Shown here: positions 39,262-50,719 of the stretch, piece after piece
Layout: each line of letters begins with the position of its first letter
Position numbering within the stretch: the first letter of the stretch is position 1
Origin: Haliotis rufescens
Lineage: Eukaryota
Reading direction: 5' to 3'
DNA length: 64,000 bases
Assembly: GCF_023055435.1 (NCBI RefSeq)
Contig: NW_025964334.1
Span: 49,972,001-50,036,000 of the forward strand
Program-made: the position numbers and the translations under genes
Notes under the pieces: model-generated
What the model was told of the DNA's origin: nothing
Databases searched by the model: none
Seen by the model: the letters and a program-made list of their open reading frames with translations, nothing else

Positions 39262-40385
39262 ACTGGAGGATCTAAACTGGATTGAAAATTAGGTGACACA
39301 TTGTTTTTTGTCTTGACATCAAATTCGTTCTTGATTTACCGGTACATGCAACAATATAGATGTTCCGATGTATTGACCGTCCATTAATTAACCAAAACAT
39401 TGTATTAATGCCGATTAAGTTATTTTTTGTATTTTAATTAAGTGTACGCAAAATTGCTACAAAATACCAAAGTCAAAGAAAGACATGGACTGGATACAGG
39501 CATACATCAGCAGATTCTCTTTATACTTATGTTCACTCACGCCAACTAATCGATAGATACTACCGTGTTATCAAATTAACAAAGCTGTACATGTAGTACG
39601 TACCTGCAGAAAGGCGTCCACAGCTTTCTTGTTCTACTTACAAACGAACAGCCAAGGATGCGAGTGCAAAACCTTTGACGATCTTTCCCTGTCAATGACG
39701 GCGGATATGAAGTAAGTTCTTTCGAAGCGTTGTTCTTGAAACAGAATCGCGAAATATCGCTAATAATAATGAACGAAGATTACTGCATATGTGCTTATCG
39801 GTAATTCATCTTAGGAACGTAATTTAATCAGTAAAGTCAAGTTCTATTTGTTTATGTTTGTTGAAATAAATTTCAGGTTATTTTGAGGTGATTCTAATAC
39901 ATTACATCATTTGAACGTTTAATAAAACTCATTCATACCCCTTTGCAATTCATGGCACTAAATCTGCTGCAAAAAGTTTATTCAATTTCATTAAAATATA
40001 ATATATGTAAATAATTTAAGAATATCCCATTGAATGCATTTTTAGTATAATGTATGAAACATAAAGACAATACCGATAACGAAAACATTAAAATGGCATG
40101 TACAACAAACAATATAATTCTGCTGCGTGAACTGGAAAAAAAGTGAGAAGATGAAAGTGAGATTAATGAAATTATTTACTATGTGTTCCTTCATTAGCCC
40201 TAAATTAAAATGTTACATTGTGACGTAAATGTTGCTACCATATAACCTGTCAACAAAGGAAAGCACAACTAGTATTACAGTATCACAGAATTATTATCAA
40301 GACTAGTTTTTTACGTACCGGCATTCAAATATGCAGTTGCAAGTTATTTTCTGTTACGTTCTTAACTACAATATTGAAAGTAGAG

Positions 40386-40668
40386 TGACACAACGGATGG
40401 CGTCCTGATACAATGGATGATGTCATGATACAGCGGATGACTTCGTTCTACGATGGATGATGTCATGATACAACGATTGATGTCATGGTACAACGGATGA
40501 TATCATGAAACAACAGATGGCATCATGATTCAACGGATGATGTCATGACACAACACATTGCATCATGATACAACGGATTATTACATGACACAACGGATAG
40601 CTTCATGATACAATGGCTGATGTCATGATACAACGGATGACGTCATTGTACAATGATGGCGCCATGGT
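40386..40668. repeat. 20-bp minisatellite, ~14 diverged copies
   Basis: Consensus tgatacaacggatgatgtca. Confidence 0.93.
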
Positions 40669-40879
40669 TGAATGGACAAAGTTTGCAGGGGCCCCAGAAA
40701 ATTTATCTTTACCGTTATGACTAAGTAAAAAAAGAAAACGCAAAAGAAGATAGTTTGCCCAATCAATGCCTGCTGGTATGTGATGAATCAGTGACTGATT
40801 GTGTTGTATTTTAACAGTGCATTGTAACACATCAAGTGTAGGCAAGCGGGCAGGCCTGGGAGGCGTAGACACGTGGTTC

Positions 40880-41635
40880 TGACGCAGAAACTCTGTGCAA
40901 ACACGTGCGACGTGGGGTCAGGCGTTGTCCGGCAGAAAGATGCCGCCATTGACGTTGATGAAGGGGACAACGTGGTGCTGCAGGATCTCGTCTCGGTAGC
41001 GTAGATCATTCAGAGCACCACACACTCTCACAAGTGCTTTCCGGCCTCCGTGATGAATGCCTCTCCACACCATGACGCTTCCCCCTCCAAAACGATTCAC
41101 TTGCTGAAATGCAATTCTCAGCGTAACGTTCGTTACGACGTCGGTACACACGGTCACGTTCCTCAGCACGTCTCAGATGAAAACGGGACTCATCTGTGAA
41201 CAGAACCCGTGTCCACCCAGCTTTAGGACATGTGACTCTCTGAGGAGACCACTGCAGGCGTTCACGGAGTTTGATGCGGCGTCAGGATGTTACGCCGCAC
41301 GGATCTCCTGTCTAGAATACCGGCTGTTCGGTTTCGAACAGTCTGATCTGATATTCGACGCAGTCCCGTTAATTGTGAGGCTGTTAACGTCGCCTTGATG
41401 AAACGGTCCCGCAGGTCTCGTACCCGGTTGTAGCGATCTTGGCCAGGCGTTGAAGCGCGAGAGATCGTCCTGACTTTGGCCTGTCACGAACGTTGCCAGT
41501 GGTGTTGTAACTTCTTCACAGGTTAGAGATGGTTAATCTTGTCACACCCATCACTTGCGCCACATGCTGTTGTGTTTCACCCGCTTGCAGTCGGCCGATG
41601 GCGTTGATGCGTTGTGCTTCTGAAAGACGTGGCAT
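40880..41635 (-). mobile_element. Tc1/mariner transposase relic
   Basis: MPRLSEAQRINAIGRLQAG..., RVLFTDESRF, FGGGSVMVWRGI, RYRDEILQHHVVP, PDNA; stops and frameshifts. Confidence 0.88.
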
Positions 41636-41699
41636 TTCAACGGCTCGTTTTCTGATTTTCTGATGTGTGTGTCAGCATTTATGTGATGCAGATAGTGAA

Positions 41700-43300
41700 G
41701 TAATTCTATCCTTCGATTTTAATGCAAGAAATGGCAACTTATTTGATTATATTTTAATCGGTGACAATAGATTATACCAACTATGATGCTGATACATTTA
41801 GTATTCCTCGAAATACAAGATGCGATGTCTGAAATGGCTACGGCAAGGATCTCATAGACTTGTTCTGTACATTTTATGTTCATCTGCTAAATGGTATACT
41901 CCCTAGAGACAAGAAAGGTACTTTTACTTGTTCTAAGGAAGCTGGTGCAGCTGTGGTTGATAATATGTTGTGCCCAACTAATTTGTATAAGATTGTGAAT
42001 GATTTAACGCCAATAAATGTTCGGAATCATACCATTTTCCAATCAATGTTACATTATCCTGTGTTGACAGAAGAACTATTAATGAAGATCGCCAAGAACA
42101 TACGTTTATGAACATGACAAGGTTTAGATGGCAAAACGACATTAGTTTTATTCTTAATGATAAGATGTTTGATTTACTATCCAACTTTTCTCTTGACCAG
42201 TGTCCACAGGTGTTGACAGTGGACGTCGATCTCGCTGTCGACAAACTAACCGAGACATTACAGACCTGTGCCTCGAGGTGTGGTCTACAAGTTAAGCATT
42301 GCAATGTATGGCATGATGAGGCATGTGAACAACTGAAGAAGAAGAAATGTATTCGGTTAAATGACTTTAGATTAAATGGAGATATTAACACATTATGTGA
42401 ATATTTCAAATTAAGAAACAGTTATAGAAGGCTATGCAGACCGAAAAAAACTGTTCATGAAGTAATAACAATATACGAACTGATACAAAACTGTGATGGT
42501 AATGACAGTAAAGCGTTCTTGGGGAAGAATTGATTCTCTCACTAATTTTGGAACTTTGGCTGCAAACATTACATGTGGTCAGTGTAGTGACTACTTTAAG
42601 AATGGGTTGAACCTGACAGATATCCCAACAGTCTGACCAATGACATCACTCAGAATAAGATTGAAGCTGCCATAAAAGACATTTAACAAGGCAAAACGGC
42701 TGCTTCAGATGGCATTAAAGTTGAAATGATTATTTGTTGTGTACATATGTCAATGCCATATTAACTTCTTGTTTTTTGCAGTATTATGCAAACTGATTTA
42801 TTTCCTAGCGTAAGGAATCAGTATTCCTCTCCATGAAAAGGGTTATCGTAATTGTGTCAATAATTATACAGGTATTTATCGATTTCCAAAACAATGTTAT
42901 ATACTTATGAAAAAGTTAGACGTGGCAGAGAGACATACCTGGGCGTTATCTTTAAAAAACATTTTTATGTTCACATGGTTTTGGGTTTGTCTTATATCAT
43001 CAAGACGTGGGCAATGTTCAACACTTTATTTTTAGTTTCAAGCAAAGACGAGTGGCTTGTAGTAAACAGATTAAGTCGCTGTTAGAGGTTGAATATTATG
43101 TGGCTAACGTTCATGCAAAAGCGATCAGAATGTCTTGCAAAATCTTGCAAAATGTGAATTTGCTTCGGCACCTCGGCCAAGGTAGTTGGTCAAGATCATG
43201 CAACACCAATCTACACAAAAATAGACGTTATTGCTAATTCTGCCTAAAAGGCAACATTTATCTGGGGGTTGATTACCACTGCGTGGCAGCTTTTGTAAAA
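41700..43300 (+). mobile_element. Decayed non-LTR retrotransposon (APE endonuclease and start of RT)
   Basis: DFNAR, LLNG...GTFTC....GAAVVD, WHDEAC, KTAASDGIKVEMI, PLHEKG..NCVNNYTGI; many lesions. Confidence 0.8.
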
Positions 43301-43419
43301 ATAAATGACAAACTCACAATTCTCCAGTCTTGAGAGCATCAGATTTTGAGAAAACATTTAAGCTGATAATTAATGCAAGTGATATTTATGCTGCCGGCGT
43401 ATTATTACAGGAACATGCG

Positions 43420-43700
43420 AACGGCATGTTACTTTTCGAAGACATATGACAAGCACGAGAAAAGTTACTATAGATTTGAGAAATATGCCCTTGCTTTGAT
43501 TATTTCTTTCAACATTTTGAGGTGTATATGGGAACAAACATTCAAGTGTTCACAGTTCAAAATATACTGACTTTTCTTCATGAGATGAAGAACAAAAATC
43601 AGAGATTGGTGAGATGGAGTTTGTTTTTGCAAGACTTTAATATTGAGATCAAGTACATTATGGGAAAAGACAATGTGATTATGGATTCTCTCCCTTGAAT
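43420..43700 (+). mobile_element. Ty3/Gypsy RNase H fragment
   Basis: YFSK....HEKSY...EKYALALI / QHFEVY / KNKNQRLVRWSLFLQDFNIEIKYIMGKDNVIMDSL. Confidence 0.85.
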
Positions 43701-44998
43701 TAGTTTGGATAAGTACACAAATGCAGTTTTACTTATTATACAGGTAGAATGTAGTTTATGTTTAAACTTTATCCTTGAAATTGTCCATTTTAAAGTGATT
43801 GTAAATAAATACAGCACTAGTACAATGTGTAGTAAGTGGAATAAAGGTTTTCGACCCTCGGCTGCTTACAAATGTTGGCTGTTCTGTAAGTAAGAAAAAA
43901 GGGAACACCTGTCTGAAAACACAGAATCCCTGTCAGCTTGCATCACATTCAGGAACGGAGACAGGATTGGTTCAATATATTCAACGAAATTCGGAACCTT
44001 CGTGAGTGCATTTACATCAGTTCTAGATCCTGTTACTTACTGCTGCTATAATGACATGTTTCGAAACATTCATTTTCATGTCTACGTGGACACGCTATTA
44101 ACCAAGTTATCGGTAAGAAAACGTACAATTTTATGGATAAAAACTTCTGGTTTATTGCATATAGCGACGTTGCATTGCAGATTGTTACACAGTTATCACG
44201 CTTGGGTAACTACAACCAAGTGATGAGAGGTATATATGCATGGCATGTTGTGATAAGCAGCTGATTACCTTTAACAACAGGTAATAGATAACAAGTAGCA
44301 CACAGGTAATTGGATGAAGCCAGATGTACAGTAAGAGTAACAAATAACACACAGGTAATGAAGTCAGATGTACATGAAGGATTAGGATTAAATGTATTTA
44401 ATACTAATTAAAATGGATACTAATTAAAGTGTTTATTGCTTGATGAGATCTCTATAAGGCGGACGAGAGCTATAGTCATCAAGCCTGAACACCCAAACCA
44501 TAACGTGGAATCTAACGATAAGCAATCAACGACCAAACCTAACCCAGAATGTTCAAGCTTGTATTATTCAAGCTGACAAGTTTTATAAACAGAAATGTAT
44601 TGCAAAAGTAAACATGCTTGCTGTTGAATTAGGATGGTATCATGGTGTTAACAATGTGAATCTTAGACAACAATAGGAACTAAAGAGTCATTGTCACTCT
44701 GTTTGTGGAAAACAGTTATGCAAACGATTAAACAATAATAATTCATAGTATCAGCATGACATACTATTATTAATTTTGGTCACTTTCAAGGTGATATATA
44801 GATGATGTCTATCTATCCAAGACAATGTAGCATATCAATTGCACCTTACAGCAGATCAACGGGAACTACAGAGTCGTTGTAACAATTCCACTTCATTTCG
44901 TCAGCATACAGTTCGGTTACATTCAACGTGATGTTATAGCCACCGGAGACTATGACATACACATAGGTACTCTTATATTGTAGCACATCAGTTGCACT

Positions 44999-47900
44999 TT
45001 ACAGCACGTCGACGGAACCTCTGTATCTTGACTCGAACTTAGACCCGGCCATCTTCTGTCTGTAGAACTTTTCAAATTGTTCATATTGTTCAACTGTGAA
45101 AAACGCTTTCCAAGACCCAGCTACACCTGAAACATCACAAAGTGATGTGTTTCATATAATAGCGACACTATGTGATTGACAGTTAATGTGATTTCAATGT
45201 ACATACACTATATTCATTCACAAAACAGGCGTACATGTCAGAATATTTACAGCCGCAGTCTGACGTCATTGAACTTCGAACATCATGTCATCTATGCAAC
45301 ATGTTTGCACTTCAGAAATCGTGAGAAATGCATATAATTTTTAAACATATTTATTCCAAAAATAAATTTGAAACCGGATTGGCAAACAAGCCAGAGGCAT
45401 ATATTTATGCCTCTCCAGAAAACATTATATACTGAACCGCAAAAGAAACGTCACCATGGATAGATATATGAGAAACCTTATTTGTCCAAACACTGTTTAT
45501 GTACTTTGAGACATATTAAAAAGATGAAACTTGGCAAAACTGATCATCAAGTGTCAAATGTTCTTAAAGTGAAACACAACACTAGTCTCTGAGAAAATGG
45601 CAGTCAGTTTCTCGTGCGTCCGCCATGTGCATTGATGACTGCCGTGCAACATTGACACATGGAATGGATGAGGCGGTTGATGAAGGCCATAGGCACTTGA
45701 TCCCACGCTCTGAGGAACGCCTGACGCAGTTCAGCTGCAGTTGTTGTCCTTGGCCGGACGTCATTCAGCCGTCTTTGAATCTCGTTCCACAGGTGCTCAA
45801 TGGGATTTAAATCGGGACTGAGGGCAGGCCACTGCCTGGTTCTCATGCTGTTCTGCTAGAGGAAGTCTCTGTTGTTGCTCTCGCAGTGTGGGCACGGGCG
45901 TTATCGTGGTTGCGGCGACGTGCCAAATGAGGTATGGCGTGTGGTCTCAAGACTTGATCAACGAACCAAGCTGCTGTGACACCATTGCCTCTCCCTGGAC
46001 CGATGTTCTTGAAGACCACAGGGCCGACCCTCTGTGCAAGACCAATTCCATCCCATGATGCTCGGACCACCCCCCGAGTCTCTCTCAACAACACAAGCAT
46101 CCGAATAACGTTCCCACGGCGTCGCCAGACTCTTTCTCTGTCATCTGCTGTTGAGATACAGTAACGACTCTAGTCTGAGAAGAGGACTCTTCTCCACTGC
46201 TGGTGGCGCCAATGCTGGTGCTGTGTTGCCCAATGAAGGTCCCGGCAATGATGTGGTGTCAGAATGGGTCATCGGTGTGGCCTGTGACAGTGGAGGTGTC
46301 TGCTCGTCAATCGTCGACGTACGGTGTCCGCACTAATGTGTCACTAGTGTGTCTCCATGGTCCGTCGAGCAGTTTCCGCAGCAGTAACAAAGCGATCTTG
46401 AAGATGCTCTCTAACGATCCTGACGCCGGGTAATGACCCTTGGTCTTCCACTACTCGGTCGATCACCTGTAGTGATGGTGGTCTGGCACCGTTGCTGGAG
46501 CCTGTATATGGTCCTTACGTGGACTTGAAATGCATTGGCTACTTGCCGGGCGGTTTGTCCAGCTTGCAATCGTCCAAGGGCTTGGTGTCGCTGATTTCTT
46601 GTCAATCTTGGCATGTGGTAGCAATTCAATAACGAATGAATATTATCCGATCTGAATGAATTTTTATAGGGCAAGAAATGGGGGAACATATGTGCATTTC
46701 AATTTACACGGAACTCACGTGCATCAGGTTACCATGGACGTTGCCGTGATGCGTTTGGGCGATCGGTTTTATTGTCATCTGCCTTGGTTTTTTTATCATC
46801 AAATTTCATTTTTCCGCACAAGGTAATGTTAAATTTTAGAAACTTTGACAAAAATTACCGAGATATTTAAATGACAACTTTTCATGCAATGTTACTTGGG
46901 GTGAGGTTTCTGTTGCGGTTCAGTAAACATTGATATATGATGACATGGAGGTTGGGGTGTGTTAGCAAAGAAAATGGACCCCTATCAACATTTAGGAGTT
47001 ACATTGAAATGTGTATCAGAAGTCTAATCAATGTCACCAATCATTGTCAGTCAAATATATAAACATTTACACTAAATCGGCCAGACGAAACAATAAAGTT
47101 ATTGACTGATTGGACAACAAGATTTTCATTTGCAGATATTACCGACATGTTTGAATTTCCGTACAGAACAGGGTCTAATTTATACCCTTTATTAAGATAA
47201 TACTTATTGCTCCTAAGGTTACCATAATTGGGACAAAATGTGTGGTAATATAACCTCGGGCGACCCACAATAACATGGAGCATCCTCCAAAATAAATATA
47301 TTCTTCTTATTCCATCTGGGCCTGTTGTTTTGTTGATATCAACCGTAAAAAGAATGTCTTTAACTAGGTGGTATGTTAGGTAAATTTCAATTAGACTATT
47401 TGGCTTGATAATGTCTAATGGAGGTAGGGGCGGTCAGGTAGCCTAGTGGTTAAAGCGTTTGTTCGTCACGCCGATTCCCGACATCGGTACAATGTGTGAA
47501 GCCCATTTCTGGTATCCCCCGCCATGATATTGCTGGAAAATTGCTAAAAGCGGCGTTAAACCATAGTCACTCACTTACTCATTCCTTAGCCTTTCTGATA
47601 GCAGACACGACACAATTTCGAATGGTTCGTGACATGCAAATACCTTTCTCATAGTGTTTACATTCGCCTTTTTCCAACCATTCATAAGGCAATTTGTCGC
47701 TTCTCATTCTCTCCAACTGACATTTGTCTGTGATTGCCTGAAGCAGCTCTTCTGTTGTGTTGGTGCCGAGAAACCTGGAAACCTTACGTAACTCCTCCAG
47801 AGGATTCTGCAAAAATCAAAACGGAAGTATGTATTTCACCAGAGACGTACACATAATGTGTGAAAGTTTTAAAAATATTATGTAGATGTTAATACACGAA

Positions 47901-49570
47901 TCCTCTGCTCCAAATTTAGTTATGACCAAGAAATGTAAGTCGGACATGTGACTGACTTCAAATGCTATCTGCACCACTCCAGCCGTAACCGCACACACAT
48001 ACATACACGGCCATATAGATCAATCGATAAAGAATAAAAGACATCATACATACATATACAGGCCAACACTTAGCAACATTCACATCAAAATTACGTCTAC
48101 GGTGCAGAACTTATAAAGTTTGCCTTGTCAAGACTCAATTATTTTCAGATCTCCAATACAATACAATTCTTACTTTACACACCCATATAGACCAATATAC
48201 ATTAAAACCGTGTACATCAATATACAAGCATACAGACATGCACACACCAACAATTACATTAAAATATACATTACCCAGTTACACAGCTGTTATATTACTG
48301 ACTATGGCTTTAAACAACATCCATTCACTTACACGATGAAATTCATAATTCTTTCTGGGTGGTGATGTCATATAATTGTTTTAAGAGTTTCTGTGAAATA
48401 AATATGCATAGACTTTACAAAATTTAGCTCAGTATCCCATACAATTCTTACTTTCTTCATGTCTTCATAATGCCAAAAATGCACATCCAGGTTAGGATAT
48501 TCTTCAAACACTCTCTCCCAATCACGAACGTGTTCAAACCAACTACCCCATATCACTGCAATAGAAGTATAACAATGAATGAATACTTGAAATATGCATG
48601 ACCAACATCCTCATGATTGAACTTTAAGAACATCTAATTAAAATTATCATCATATCTGCTCAATTACATTATGTACATTAATGATTTATTTACCTTTTAT
48701 ATTGTGGTATATTGTCTTATTACCTGGTATTATGACTATTAAATAGTGATTGATAAACACATGCTTATGTTATAGTCGGAATCATACAATGAACCCCCGT
48801 ATCATTATCGAAAGGGTTTTGTCTTCATATATTTGTTAATCTCGCATACTTAATCTCAGTTCTTCACATCGACATTAATATTAAAGTATTGACAAAACTT
48901 ACGTTCCCCTTTAAGACAGAGGGCAGACCAGTCTTTCCAAGTTCCATCATATCCAACAACAGGCCGACTCGTTTGCAATTTGTAGAAAGACACATGTACA
49001 TCTCGTGGGTCTCTCAACAAATACACCACTTTGCACCTCTTCGTTTTCATGTCTTCCGGCAGGTACCGGAAGCGTAGGTGAGTGTTTAATACTCGTGGGG
49101 ATGGTAAAGCATCCAACATGCTGATTGGTTGGTATTCCAGCATGTGGTCTTCTTTCTTCTTAGGAATTGTCTCCGTATTATTGTTGATAAGCATGCTGAT
49201 CATTTCAAACATCCAATGTGTACCTATATATTACAAACAGTAGTACTACACACATAAACACGTGCCATTTCGTCTTGTTTTAAACAAATCGTAATGCGTA
49301 TATAATGACTGTATATCATGAGGGTTAAGCTTCGTTTATTGAGTAACATTACCCAATGTTACCATAGATTAAGATACCTTTGTAATTTTGATAATTCATT
49401 TCAATACCTGATCTCATCCAGTTCGCAATCACAATGTCATCTTCTCTCATTGCCAGCTTCGGCACTTCTTGGATCACTTCTTCGGGGAAATCAGGAGGTA
49501 TCCGGTGCTCCCCGACCTCTCGCATCATCATGCCATGCCCCGCACTGTCTTTAATTTGTATCAAAGGCAT
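44999..49570 (-). CDS. Cytosolic sulfotransferase SULT-E, 292 aa
   Basis: Exons 49570-49408, 49223-48903, 48555-48452, 47806-47644, 45126-44999. GT-AG; 879 nt. NWMRSGTHW, YEKGVAGSWKAFFTVEQYEQF. Confidence 0.94.
45430..46925 (-). mobile_element. Tc1-family transposon, full extent, transposase disrupted (SULT-E intron 4)
   Basis: 26-bp TIRs tactgaaccgcaaaagaaacgtcacc / ggtgaggtttctgttgcggttcagta. Transposase relic 46614-45604 with MPRLTRNQRHQALGRLQAG, DNARAH and WPALSPDLNPIEHLW. Confidence 0.93.
47050..47400 (-). mobile_element. 3' fragment of a CR1/L2-type LINE ORF2
   Basis: C-terminal pattern CYCG...H.FCPNY...R...LYGN...N...V..FI..SGRF. Confidence 0.65.
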
Positions 49571-50479
49571 ACTGGATGCCTTAACTAAATTGAAAATTGG
49601 GTAACACATTGTTGTTTATCTTGATTAACAAAAATCCCTACATGCAACAATAAAGCTGTTAAAATGATTTTATCGTTAATTTGATAAGCTGTACATTCCA
49701 ATAATGTGAATGAAGGTATTTCGTCAAGTGTGCACAAGTTGGCTTCACAACACATTAAATTTAAGGAAAGTAAAATGTGTGTGTTTGTGGGGGGAGGGGA
49801 GGGGGGGGGGGGGGGGGGGGGGGGATGTGCGTATGTGTGTGTTGTACTGGCAGCATTGAAAAAGTTATATTGAACAATGTAACTTAGGACTTTACTTTAC
49901 ACTTTATCAGGTGTATTTGCCACAGTGCCCGCTCAACGCCCTAATTATGTGCGTATGCACTTTTGTTAGCATTTAGAAACACACCATATGTTCAGCTATT
50001 TCCACTTTACCCATACCTACTTATTTTCTGTCATTGACTAATATATTTACTTACATAAGTATGAATATTACGTCGTCTATATTTATCATATTACCTTATT
50101 AGCAACCCCCGAACCTGTAGTATGTACCAGCAGGGAGACGTCCACAGCTGTGTTGTCCTACTTACAAGCACACAGGCAGCGAGGACAAGGTTATCATGAC
50201 ATTTTCTGTGCTGTGATAGCTGATATGAGATACCCTACCTTTTATCAGGGGGCAACATTGTACGATCACCTCCCACACCCGGGATCAGTCGTCAGTTAAT
50301 GTGTGTTGATGTGAGCAGAATTGTCTAGTGAATATACCGGGTCACGAGTAGTTGCAGAAATATTATGCTATATCTGGGCACATAAAGAAGTGAAACATTG
50401 CTCTGGACATGTAGATTATACAATTACTGGAGTGCTGCTGTGTGGCGTCAGACAGCAAATAAACAGTTGTGTGAGTGGT

Positions 50480-50719
50480 GGGTTGGTTGGTTGGTTTGTT
50501 GTTTAACGCCGCACTCAGCAATATTCCAGCTATATGACGGCGGTCTGTAAATAATCGAATGAGCATCGATCCACGCAATTGGGATCGATGACATGCATCA
50601 AACCAAGCCAGCGAGCCTGACAACCCGATCCCGTTAGTTGCCTTTTACGACAAGCATAGTTACCTTTTACGGCAAGCATGGGTTGCTGAAGACCTATTCT
50701 ACCCCGGATCTTCACGGGC
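50480..50719 (-). mobile_element. Family-B SINE-like element with TSD
   Basis: gtgagtgg at 50471-50478 and 50721-50728. Further copies at 55890-56135, 60625-60828 and 61660-61955 (all -). Confidence 0.9.

Noticed and set aside
5595-49570. UGT1/protocadherin-style locus with variable first exons spliced to shared constant exons
   Set aside because: Each unit has its own complete five exons and stop codon, so these are independent genes.
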